From Octopus sinensis (taxonomy: Eukaryota), in contig NC_042997.1 of NCBI RefSeq assembly GCF_006345805.1, forward strand, positions 212,040,001 through 212,104,000: a stretch of 64,000 bases of DNA. The letters run 5' to 3'. The position numbers were made by a program, and so were the translations under genes. Under the pieces are notes generated by a model. That model was not told where the DNA came from. It did not search any database and worked only from the letters and a program-made list of their open reading frames with translations. Below are positions 53,359-64,000 of the stretch, piece after piece; the first letter of the stretch is position 1; every line of letters begins with the position of its first letter.

Positions 53359-56300
53359 ACAATAATAATAATAATAATGATGATGATGATGATGATGATG
53401 ATAATAATAATAATGATGAAAGTTTTAAGCGCTTGATAGACTCTTGAAAGCTTGTGGATGCCTAAGGTTCGAGGTAGTAACCCAGTACCCACATAAATTC
53501 TACCAGGAATAAGACCGAACCTGAGTAAAATCCTCAATAATATTAATAACGATTGTATTGAACTTCCTTTCATATCTTTGCATAATTATCCAGTGAGAAT
53601 CTCACATCTTCATTATACCAGGTCTGAGGTAATTACTGCACATGGTGAGAATTGTTATGAAGATAGTGACTGACTGGCTGTTATTTAGCCCTAGATCAAA
53701 CTGAATTGGACAAAATTGTGATAAAAAAAGTTCCAACCATGACCACCCCATCCTTTTTGCATATGCAGGATTGTACTGTCTGGTGTATTTTTAAGATGGT
53801 AGGGCATGATTTGAGGAGTGTTTGGCTGTTATTTCAACAGACCATTCAGATGTTATGATGTTAGGTGTCTGGAAAGTGATCTAAACTTGAAGAATGTTAT
53901 CAACAACAGCTGATTGTTAGTGGCGAATTGAATTATTCCATTTATAAACCACATTACAACATAAAAGAGAACTAGATGCAAATGCACTGAGGCTTGTATA
54001 TACACACATAGCCAAATGTCTGTATGTATATATATATAGCCAAACGTGCATGTATACAGATATCTTACAGGGTGACAGTGCCAAGCAGTGATGTGTATAA
54101 AGACACACTCACTACCTGTCCAAACATGCTTCAGGTACAATTTCTTGACCTATTTGTTGTCTACAGTGGGAAATTTTCTCCCTGACGAAATACAATGAGT
54201 GGCTTTGTTATGGGTTCAAATGTCCGTCAAGCATGTTTGGACTTGTAACGAGTTTGTACATATATGTTAACATGCCTAGCCATGGTTACACATCTGTGAG
54301 CATACATCCATAATGAAACCTGCCAACAAACAGAGAGAAAGTGGAAGTGTTGACATGAGCAAGTGAGAACAGCACCCCCCCCCCCATGGAGCTGGATTCC
54401 AAACACATGCAGAATCATAGACATTTGAGTGTTCAATAGAAAATCAATGAATGTGAAGAAGAAGGAGAAATAAAAGAACACATATAGACCAGCGCCACAT
54501 TTACCATTATTTGGAAGATTCAAAGAAGATTCATAGACAAGACATTGTTGTCTTGTCTTTGTTTTGGCTGCAACTAATCCAGTTCCAGTCTCAAAGATTA
54601 ACCCCAGTCTTCATATCAGTTCTACGTTTGACTACTGAGATTAGGTGACTCATAGAAAGATCAATTATCTCGTATATTTGCTGATAATACATTGAAGAGA
54701 ATAGCAAAAAGAAAAAAAGAAAAAAAAGGCGTAAGAAAAAATTTCCTGAAAGCAAATCTCACTTGGATTATATGATTTGTCTTCTCAGAGCTGTTTGTAA
54801 AGTTTGAAAATATAGAGAGAAGACAATTATTCAATAAGCTTATTATGGTAGGCAAGAAAGCTAAAATGTTGTGCCTGCTTGCTCTCTCTCTCTCTTTCTC
54901 TCTCTTTCAACAGACTCACATGAAGCATATGATAGGCTTCTTTCAGTTTCCATCAGCCACAACACTTTGATAGGCCTGGGGCCTAGAGTAGGTGTCACAC
55001 AGTGGGACTGAACACGAAATCCTATGACCAGGAAGTAAACACCTGCATCTTACTATCCTAACAGCTGTTGATGGTGACACAATCCTACATCAACCTTAAC
55101 ACAAATAGCCATTTAGAAATAGATTAAACAAATTTTACAGCTAAAGCTTAATTAAAATTATGGCGATTTACTAAAATTTATTAAAATTTCAAATAAAAGA
55201 ATATTCTTTATATTTGTGCAAAACTTATTTTTATTAGTATTTTTATAAATATTTTTATTAGTACCTTTATTAGTACTTTTATTAGTATGGTCATTTGTTG
55301 TACAAATGAATAAATTACGACATTTGACTATTCTTGCTTTCTTTCAACTTGTTTAGTACAAAAATCAGATAAAATTTTTAAAAGAAATTTTAATAAAAAT
55401 TATGTTGAATGTGTGAAGATAATTATATAATTTCACCATATTTCCAGATAGAAATGCTCAATATTTTACCTGGCTTATATTGTATCAATAATCAACATAT
55501 AAGATATTTATTGATTTTTATTATTAGCCATAGCACAACACTAACTTTTTAATAGACCAATATTGATATTTTGTTCATGATGGTTAACAACTGAGATGCT
55601 ATTAGAATTTTATCAGAAATAAACAAAAAGTTTATTCTTGGAGAAGCACGGAATTGAAGAGGTTCTTTAAAGTAAGCAGTTTATGCTGAGAAAAGAACAT
55701 TTTGAAACCATTTTGGTTGAAGATAAAACTGCTTGTACAAACGATAAAAGAAAGAAGCTTGCATGGAATAGCAGACAAAAACATGACCGCTTTTAACTAA
55801 CATTTTCTATTCTTTCTGCTTAATTGGATGAAATAAGTTGGTTAACACTAGAATATCGACACTTTGATGTTTATGAAATGAAATTTTAGATTCTATTTCA
55901 CACACATTTTGAACATTTTTTTCTCTTCAAAATAAAGAAAAAACAAAATAATTTCTAAGAAGTTTTCTTTTATGAAAGAAAATTAGGAAATCAAGTATTT
56001 AAGTGTCTGATAAAAGATTCTTTCTGCCAGTTGTGAATACATCAATAGACATGGCACAATTTCCATAGTTTAATATGGAAAACAACTGCAATAACAACAA
56101 CAATGGCAGTAATAAACAAAAGTGTACTGAAATGGGGTGGGTGGGTGTTGTTCTTTGGAAGGATTTCAATCTAAGAAGAACAACAAAATGGTTATCAGAG
56201 CAGATTACTGGAATTCATTGATAAGAAAAATATTTGGTATGTAAAACACAATGAGGAAATTTTGTTGATCAAATTTCTTAACCGAAATCAAATTTGAGCA

Positions 56301-56671
56301 GGAAGCAAAAAAAGATGGGCTGCAACGAAACACTGATCATAGAATTTCTCAGAGTTGAACTTTGGTTTTTGTGTAGAGAACTGCAGTATGCTGCAAATCA
56401 AAATTTCATCTTTGCCAATCAATAAATGCTACAGAAGTCAGCTTCTTTTGTCTTTCATGTTGAGAAGTGTGCATGGGGGTGTGTGAGACATTGAAAATGA
56501 CTTGCACAAACACAACATATCTAATTATCTAGAAAAAAAAATTAATAAAGATAAGACCACACCTCTCTCTCTCTCTCTCTCTCTCTGCACCACATCAATG
56601 AAACACACTTGCATGCATGTCTGTATATTATATCACAGCAATTACTTTCCCCATTGAAGTGTATACAGGAA

Positions 56672-57055
56672 AGAGGCGCAATGGCCCAGTGGTTAGGGCA
56701 GCGGACTTGCGGTCATAGGATCACGGTTTCGATTCCCAGACCGGGCGTTGTGAGTGTTTATTGAGCGAAAACACCTAAAAAAGCTCCACGAGGCTCCGGC
56801 AGGGATGGTGGTGATCCCTGCTGTACTCTTTCACCACAACTTTCTCTCACTCTTACTTCCTGTTTCTGTTGTACCTGTATTTCAAAGGGCCGGCCTTGTC
56901 ACTCTGTGTCACGCTGAATATCCCCGAGAACTACGTTAAGGGTGCACGTGTCTGTGGAGTGCTCAGCCACTTACACGTTAATTTCACGAGCAGGCTGTTC
57001 CGTTGATTTGGATCAACCGGAACCCTCGTCGTCGTAACCGACGGAGTGCTTCCAT
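56672..57055 (+). mobile_element. SINE family D, tail type 2
   Basis: Same head and core to tactctttcaccac, then an unrelated 3' half of about 210 bp. Confidence 0.8.
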
Positions 57056-57313
57056 TCAGTAAACAGGAGCATGTTAAAGACAAGTGTACACAGCTCCACA
57101 TTGATAATGTTTCTCGTTTTCTCTACTTAGGAACAAAAGTTCCATCTTAGTTCCAAGTGAACATCAGTCACAGATATATGATGTCACAAATCATGTTATG
57201 TCATATATGATCTGTCCAATCCAGACATTCCAGCCTGTCCACTTCACTTCTTAACTCCAATTCTCAACCAACGACAAACATGTTGCTATTAACATGACAG
57301 GAATCAAGACAAT

Positions 57314-57695
57314 ACTCTCTCTCTTTTACTCTTTTACTTGTTTCAGTCATTTGACTGCGGCCATGCTGGAGCACCACCTTTTAGTACTTATTCTATCGGT
57401 CTCTTTTGACGAACCGCTAAGTGACGGGGACGTAAACACACCAGCATCGGTTGTCAAGCAATGCTAGGGGGACAAACACAGACACACAAACATATACACA
57501 CACACTTATATATATATATATATACATATATACGACAGGCTTCTTTCAGTTTCCGTCTACCAAATCCACTCACAAGGCATTAGTCGGCCCAGGGCTATAG
57601 CAGAAGACACTTGCCCAAGATGCCACGCAGTGGGACTGAACCCGGAACCATGTGGTTGGCTAGCAAGCTACTTACCACACAGTCACTCCTGCACC
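57314..57695 (-). mobile_element. SINE family A with an internal deletion of about 40 bp
   Basis: caccaccttttagtac junction, shared only with the 63488 copy. Confidence 0.9.
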
Positions 57696-57714
57696 TTATA
57701 TATATTATATAATA

Positions 57715-57972
57715 GTGTACATTTAAACACAAAAGAAAACTACCCTTTAACAGGTAATTTTTATATGCTAGAAAGAGCAGCCAACATGTCCAAAACCACG
57801 ATTTAATAGCAATTTTCGAAGTAAATGAAAAATAAAAAAATAACAAGGTAAAAGTTTTTTATTTACTTCGAAAATTGCTATTAAATCGTGGTTTTGGCCG
57901 TGTTGGCTGCTCTTTCTAGCATGTAAAAATTACCTGTTAAAGGGTAGTTTTCTTTTGTGTTTAAATGTACAC
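57715..57972. mobile_element. Palindromic MITE with TA target duplication
   Basis: TA|GTGTACATTTAAACAC...GTGTTTAAATGTACAC|TA; arms about 115 bp. Second copy starts at 63862. Confidence 0.85.
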
Positions 57973-58391
57973 TATTTTAAAATATGAATATGTTGTCTGT
58001 TGACCATTTATACATGCTAGGTTACTGGTGGTGATATTTTATAACGAATATTCACTACCCTATATATGTATGTATATATATACGGTTAAGTAATTGAGAT
58101 TCAAGTGAATTCTAATGAATTCACATGAATATGGTCCTTAACTAGGATGCACCGGAAATCTATATGGTGTTAACCATACGACAAGTGGGGTGATTACAAA
58201 TAGGAAAAAAGCAACAAGAATGGATTAAAATCTCGGTACAATCGTTTCGTACGAGGACATCTTTAATAAGCTACAAAAAATGCAGTGAATACAGATGGCT
58301 CGTACTCGTCAGCCGAAAAAACATCAGAGAATTCCCAAACATCAAAAGGGGTAGATACAAAAGAGGGTGTAAGATTAACTGCATTGAAGAA

Positions 58392-58732
58392 AGTTCGATT
58401 CATGGAGATCCGATGAAAGGTTTTAAACTTACAGAATTTGTGCATGTCTACATATAGCTCATATTGAATTGCTAATCAAGTTGTGTGAAGAAATTTTCGG
58501 ATACAGTCATGCAAAATTTCTGAAAATCCGAGTAAGAAGCAAAGTGACTGTCATATCGTGTAGAGGAACAGATTGTTATTGAAATTTACAAGAATCGCAG
58601 ATAAGTTCGATTCTTGGAGATCCGATGAAAAGTCTTGAACTTACAGAATATGTGCATGTCCTTATAGTTCATAATCCAGTTTTGTGAGGAGATTTAGGGT
58701 ACAATCATGCGGAAATATCAGGGAATCCGATT
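58392..58732. repeat. Diverged direct repeat of about 130 bp
   Basis: aagttcgattc(a/t)tggagatccgatgaaa...gaaaatccg/ggaatccg at about 58392 and 58604; abuts the helicase fragment. Confidence 0.7.
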
Positions 58733-58739
58733 CCCTGAT

Positions 58740-59028
58740 ATTTTAGCATTTCATCATTAATATGGTGAACAGTTTTATTCCTCGGGGCCAGTATAGCCTT
58801 TTCGCCAATCCAATCCATATTCTGATAATTAGCTTGTAGATCTGGGAACACTGCATCTCTGAGATCAGAAGGTGTCTTAACAATGTTACAAATGGAATCG
58901 ATGGCAATATTACCATTTTCATCCCCTGGTATTTTGCCTTCGCCAAGTGCAAGGAGGGTGTGAGGAAATGCTGCTGATGTGATATTACGTCGCATATGAG
59001 CACGCATATTGGTGTGAAGTTTGAGAGT
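58740..59028 (-). mobile_element. Helitron/Helentron PIF1-like helicase fragment
   Basis: TLKLHTNMRAH...LLALGEGK...VFPDL...WIGEKAILAPRNKTVHHINDEML matches the LxxNMR, LLxIGEG and RAILAPxNxxVxxIN motifs of Helitron helicases. Confidence 0.85.
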
Positions 59029-59039
59029 TACTTCCCTTT

Positions 59040-60043
59040 ATTAAAAAAAATATGCATTAAAAAGGAAAAAAATGATGGTAAATTATTTGTAAACTCATAG
59101 ACTCATCGTAGACGTGCGCTAATACCCAGAAGGGCTCGATATGAATCACGACTATAAGATACCCGGTTTTGGTTAAACTGCATCGCAAAATGTGGGAGTA
59201 GTTAGGAATCTAAATCGGAGTAGACAGACACACAACCTTTCTTTTATATATAAATATTTTCGTCCTAAAAAACTTTGTATGGATTGAATGGTTACCTCTA
59301 TGGAAATATATACACGTACATCATACATACATGTGTGTATAGATGAATATATAAATACATTTAAATATCTATATACACTTTTGGGCGATCTTTCTGTTTC
59401 TTAGAGATAACTTTATCCCGTCCGATTCGCTCCAAAATTTACAGGGACATGTAGAATGAGGTGACGATGCTCGTGGGCTACCTTAGAAATCCCTATCTTA
59501 AAAGGTGTGGTTGCTAGGGGCCATCTTCCTCACTCACCCTATTTCCTCCAGTACCCTCTCACTCCTCTACATATGACAGGCCACTACGGTTATTTAATGT
59601 AAAGTCTTCCTCAAATCACTCTCTCGCTATTTACTCTCTTCCAAGAACATTTTCACTCACTCTTATCTCTTAGCTGCCCATACATTTTACTCATGTATCT
59701 ATCAGCGTCATAGACAGAAACAAATATTACATCGCCATCGCCTTCTATTGTCTACCTGTCAACACACACACAGTGAATTACTTTCACTTTATTCGTTGCA
59801 CACTGTGTGTGTGCGTGTGCTGTATCCCACACTAAGAAAAGCACTTGACTCATACACCACAATGTGAGTTTTCTCTAAATTTTGCTTAATTGGGGTTGAA
59901 ATTTTAAAAAGTGGACCTGGCAAGACCCGATGCATTCTACTCTTAAAAATGCTAGGTAAATTGTAATTGAAGAAATCCTATATTGTAGATTTCTATAAGA
60001 GACAAAGGGAGGCAGATAAAATCTGCCTTTTATAATAAGAGAT
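59040..60043. mobile_element. Nested Helentron/HINE-like non-autonomous ends
   Basis: One end reads ...acagacacacaacc...ttttatatataaat (about 59235). Another has hairpin ggcagat-aaa-atctgcc (60011-27) followed by ttttataataagagat. Both resemble DINE-1/Helentron termini. Confidence 0.45.
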
Positions 60044-60209
60044 ATACAACGGGCTTCTTTCAGTTTCCATCTACCAAATCCACTCACAAGGCTTTGGTCG
60101 ACCCAAGGCTATAGTAGAAGACAGTTGCCCAGGGTGCCATGCAGTGGGACTGAACCTGGAAGCATGTGGTTGGTAAGCAAGCTACTTACCACACAGCCAC
60201 TCCTGTGCC
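60043..60209 (-). mobile_element. SINE family A, 5' half
   Basis: tRNA-like head and core up to the central microsatellite. Confidence 0.85.
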
Positions 60210-60479
60210 CTGTTCAGGCTTGGATATAAACATGTAGTGTAAAACATTCAGACATCATCATTATCTTCCCATATCCTGTGGTACATTCTTTCGCCATAGC
60301 CACAAGAATGATGAAAATAGCTCTTCCTTCCCATTTGAAGGAAGGAGGCGTGACAATATTGACGATAGACTCGGCTGATAAACCGACTCGTCCCACACAC
60401 GACAGCAGTCGTTCGACATAGATAGAAAGATAGATATAGATAGAAAGATAGATCGATGTAGATAGAAAGATAGATAGAT

Positions 60480-60783
60480 AGTGGGTGGCACAAAGTGTAA
60501 AGGACGTAAATAGCGCTATAAGCAAGGGAGATAACTAGAAACATATTTGCGTTTCTAATAAGTCGAGGAAGTAAACTGTAATACGGAGATGTACTTGCAT
60601 AGCAAGTAATTTGATCTGAGATCGTGTGCTGAAACGAAAACAATTGCAGCGTGGAAGGTGTTTGTAAGCCATTTAAGAAACACACAAAAGCCGTTCGATT
60701 CACTTCAACATTTAAGTTTAATTTGTCAAAATATTTTCGTCGCTAAAATCCGCGACCTGTTCACTGACAAAGTCCGTGCTGCA
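60480..60783 (-). mobile_element. Penelope-like terminal-repeat fragment
   Basis: Repeat-like non-coding segment that contains a hammerhead-like fold at 60722-60771. Family assignment is inferred from that motif. Confidence 0.45.
60722..60771 (-). ncRNA. Hammerhead-like variant with G3-C8 swap
   Basis: TTTGTCA-GTGAACA-G-GTCGC-ggatttta-GCGAC-GAAA-ATAT-TT-TGACAAA: 7-bp stem I, 5-bp stem II, palindromic helix III. Confidence 0.45.
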
Positions 60784-60827
60784 TCTCTGTAAATATTTCC
60801 CGCAAAATCTTACGTATTTGAATCACT

Positions 60828-61410
60828 ATAGCAGAAGGTACTTCTGTTAACGGTGTTGCATCAAGCACGCATAAGCGGCGAGGTTACCTTGGATGGGATG
60901 AATACTTCATGTCAGTGGCTTTCCTCTCTGCTCAACGTAGCAAAGACCCAAGAACTCAGGTAGGAGCTTGTATTGTTAATGAAAATCAACGTATTGTTGG
61001 CACCGGATATAACGGTATGCCTCGAGGTTGTAGTGACGATGGAAAAACATCGTCACTACAACCTCGAGGCATACCGTTGGTGCCATAACAGTCCCACTGA
61101 GCTAGATAACAAATATCTCTACGTATGTCATGCTGAGCTTAATGCTGTTCTCAATAAGAACTCTGCAGACGTTCGCAATTGCACTATGTATGTCGGTTTG
61201 TTTACTTGCAATGAATGTGCTAAAGTCATTACACAGTCTGGAATTAAAGAAGTCATATACTTTTCGGATAAATATAAGGACCGAACTACCTCTCAAGCTT
61301 CTCGAAAAATGTTTAAACATGCTGAAATAAAATATCGCCAGTATCAACCTACAGACGAACAAATTGTTATAGATTTTACTTCAATAGAAGAAAAGAAAGA
61401 CCGATTATAA
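60828..61410 (+). pseudogene. DCTD: Intronless dCMP deaminase copy with ATA in place of the likely start codon and an internal frameshift
   Basis: The first frame reads (I)AEG...[56 protein letters not shown], then stops at 61086-61088. A second frame continues [66 protein letters not shown] to TAA at 61410. HAE and CxxC zinc motifs are present; no introns. Confidence 0.92.
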
Positions 61411-61655
61411 GTCCAGTTTCGCACCTTCCTTCTAAAGTTTCAACTTTAATCAGATGCGAACATAAACACTTGGAATTCATTATATTGCCACCACTGCCTT
61501 TTCATAATGATATCCTGTTATATTTTCTAGCTAAAATATTAACTGTTGTATTTTTAACGAACATTTTTATTCCATTTTGTTTTCGTTTGTGTGTACATAA
61601 CATTTTAACTTCCTCTTTCTAAGAAAGTGAAACTATCCACATTTGCTCCAATACG

Positions 61656-61849
61656 CAGTAGCGTAGCTGGGGGGTGTGTGTGCATTTTGGGCCGCACTTT
61701 TAAAGAGGCTAATGTGTGTGTGTCTGTATTTATTGTATGTGTGTATAAGTAGTTATATGCTTATATTATCTATTATAGTAATATTTTTCTGTTGAAATCC
61801 GTTTTAAGGCGGTCAATAGTTTAATTAAAGATGTGTCTATAAATGTGTG

Positions 61850-61880
<31 letters not shown>

Positions 61881-62360
61881 ATATATATATATTACATATT
61901 ATATTTTATATTTCTATTTCCTTGTCTATTATATTTACTATATATGTTGTATAATGCCTTTACTAATATGTAATGGTGTAATAAAGTATTGATTGAGTAT
62001 CATCTGATGGTTGATGTTTTATTGATTTAAGTATGTTTCTCCATTTTCTAATTTTGTTACATATATATATATACATGTGTATACATATATATATATACAC
62101 AAGTGTATACATTACACATGAAATGTATTTATTTATAAACTTTAAACTGAACTTCAATTGTTTTATAAACCTAACAGCTTGGTGTACGTAAATAAACGGC
62201 GTAAATTAACGAAGGTATAAACCTGACGGAAATACACGAAGTTGACTACTTTCACTTCTAACAACCAAAGGCATGACTGCCGTTTTTTTTTTTTGTGAGG
62301 GTCCGGGGACAGCAACTAGAAAGGCCTCCCCGGGCAGCACAGATTCTAGCTACGCTAGTG
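61656..62360. mobile_element. hAT-type non-autonomous element
   Basis: Ends CAGTAGCGTAGCTGG and CTAGCTACGCTAGTG (13/15 inverted); 8-bp flanks ccaatacg/ccaatatt. Confidence 0.65.
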
Positions 62361-62618
62361 CCAATATTCCCTCTAACTCCATCTAATAAAAAGTTATCCG
62401 ACTTCCACCCAGCATGTTGCGTCTTCTCACTAGCTTTTCTACTACATAGCCACTATCCACTGGAGCTGGTTGATCTCATACCTATTCTACTCAGGATCAC
62501 CCGACTCCTCTACCCTCTCGTCTCTTATTCATTTGCATAAAACACTACACCTCATCTTTCTCAGACGTTAACTCTTGGAATATCTTTTCTGGAGTTGTTC
62601 AAGAACATCAGTTACATC

Positions 62619-63353
62619 GGTTCTACTAGCGAACTGTGGTCCGGGTGCGCGCAGTCGCGCATCCGCGCTAGCTAGTCGTAAGTAGTCGATCCTACAACGA
62701 CTTTTTAACCCTAACCCTAACTTGTTTATAAAAATAATTTATTTACTTAGTTTAAAAAATCATTTACTTTGCGTTTTATTTACTTAGTTCGAAAAATATT
62801 ATTTAATATTATTTAATGGCGCGGGAGTGGCTGTGTGGTAAGTAGCTTGCTAACTAACCACATGGTTCCGGGTTCAGTCCCACCGCGTGGCATCTTGGGC
62901 AAGTGTCTTCTGCTATAGCCCCGGGCCGACCAATGCCTTGTGAGTGGATTTGGTAGACGGAAACTGAAAGAAGCCTGTCGTATATATGTATATATATATA
63001 TATGAGTGTGTGTGTGTCTGTGTTTGTCCCCCTAGCATCGCTTGACAACCGATGCTGATGTGTTTAAGTCCCCGTCACTTAACGGTTCGGCAAAAAGAGA
63101 CCGATAGAATAAGTACTGGGCTTACAAAGAATAAGTCCCGGGGTTGATTTGCTCGACTAAAGGCGGTGCTCCAGCATGGCCGCAGTCAAATGACTGAAAC
63201 AAGTAAAAGAGTAGAAGAGAGTAAAGAGTAAAGAGTAATTTTCTTTGATCTGTATTCAGCCTTGAAATACAAACATACGCGGAAGTCGTTGTAGGATCGA
63301 CTACTTACGACTAGCTAGCGCGAGTGCGTGCACCACTGTTCGCTAGTAGTACC
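62619..63353. mobile_element. MULE-type MITE carrying a SINE
   Basis: TIRs of about 80 bp starting with GG; perfect 9-bp TSD agttacatc at 62610-18 and 63354-62. Confidence 0.85.
62818..63237 (+). mobile_element. tRNA-headed SINE family A (sense copy)
   Basis: A-box tggctgtgtggtaag, B-box ggttcagtcc, central (TA)/(TG) tract, tail (AAAAGAGT)n. Confidence 0.9.
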
Positions 63354-63487
63354 AGTTACATCAACTTAAACAGTTTCGGAGTCGCCTACGAAAGGTCACC
63401 AGTGCAGACCCTCACAGGTCAAACCAAACCATAAAAAAAAAAAATTAGTCTTATTAGGTTAATTATGTCTTTTTTTTTTATTTTTGA

Positions 63488-64000
63488 TACTTGTTTCAGT
63501 CATTTGACTGCGGCCATGCTGGAGCACCACCTTTTAGTACTTATTCTATCGGTCTGTTTTGACGAACCGCTAAGTGACGGGGACATAAACACACCAGCAT
63601 CGGTTGTCAAGCAATGCTAGGGGGACAAACACAGACACACAAACATATACACACACACTTATATACATATACATATATACGACAGGCTTCTTTCAGTTTC
63701 CGTCTACCAAATCCACTCACAAGGCATTAGTCGGCCCGGGGCTATAGCAGAAGACACTTGCCCAAGATGCCACGCAGTGGGACTGAACCCGGAACCATGT
63801 GGTTGGCTAGCAAGCTACTTACCACACAGTCACTCCTGTACCTTATATATATTATATAATAGTGTACATTTAAACACAAAAGAAAACTACCCTTTAACAG
63901 GTAATTTTTATATGCTAGAAAGAGCAGCCAACATGTCCAAAACCACGATTTAATAGCAATTTTCGAAGTAAATGAAAAAAAAAAAAATAACATGGTAAAA
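63488..64000. repeat. Segmental duplicate of 57335-57853 (SINE plus MITE)
   Basis: Same deletion, same diagnostic substitutions and same flanking MITE; offset 6153 bp. Confidence 0.9.

Larger units (their letters stand above)
62380..63395 (+). mobile_element. Decayed CR1-like LINE 3' end interrupted by the MULE MITE
   Basis: Remnants resembling SLFYRYY...ELADLIP and LWNSLP...FK continue across the insertion. Confidence 0.4.

Noticed and set aside
56672-56750. tRNA gene
   Set aside because: The tRNA-like head runs into a repeated SINE body and has no proper acceptor stem; the same applies to the other SINE heads.
58231-58270. Hammerhead-like remnant on the minus strand (TTAAAGA...GAAAC-GATT-GTA)
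   Set aside because: Core mutated and stem I does not pair.
60973-61075. N-terminus [20 protein letters not shown]... of the 145-aa ORF
   Set aside because: Out-of-frame reading of the DCTD 5' half plus the hairpin insert; not a genuine start.
60828-61410. Idea that the deaminase is a novel RNA/DNA editing enzyme
   Set aside because: Motifs are those of a standard dCMP deaminase and the copy is disrupted; nothing supports a new substrate.
62706-62722. (TAACCC)n telomere-like repeats (also about 38650)
   Set aside because: Only 2-3 units, inside or next to repeats; not an interstitial telomere.

Overview
AT-rich, repeat-dominated eukaryotic DNA. The SINE, RTE, CR1 and Dong repeat families and the (TA)n/(ATC)n load look like a coleoid cephalopod (Octopus-like); this is pattern recognition, not a database match. 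The only host gene I can support is a minus-strand CDP-diacylglycerol synthase (CdsA/CDS1-2): two phase-compatible exons at 43573-43452 and 40649-40553. I found no other exon, so most of the window is probably intronic. The rest is mostly nested retroelements (RTE, CR1-like, Dong/R4, three tRNA-headed SINE families), DNA-transposon remnants (piggyBac-, hAT-, MULE- and Tc1-type, Helitron/Helentron) and microsatellites. Three things stand out. (1) Two foldback elements each carry an outward-facing minimal hammerhead-ribozyme motif of the Penelope type in both arms (30362-30919 intact; 22406-23657 decayed). (2) An intronless dCMP deaminase copy (60828-61410) is broken by a perfect 31-bp template-switch hairpin; it lies just downstream of a G3-C8 hammerhead variant and near Helitron remnants. 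(3) This DCTD block lies between two copies of one SINE+MITE locus 6153 bp apart, predicting a tandem duplication that continues past the window. Almost all long ORFs in the supplied track are microsatellite or repeat artefacts.
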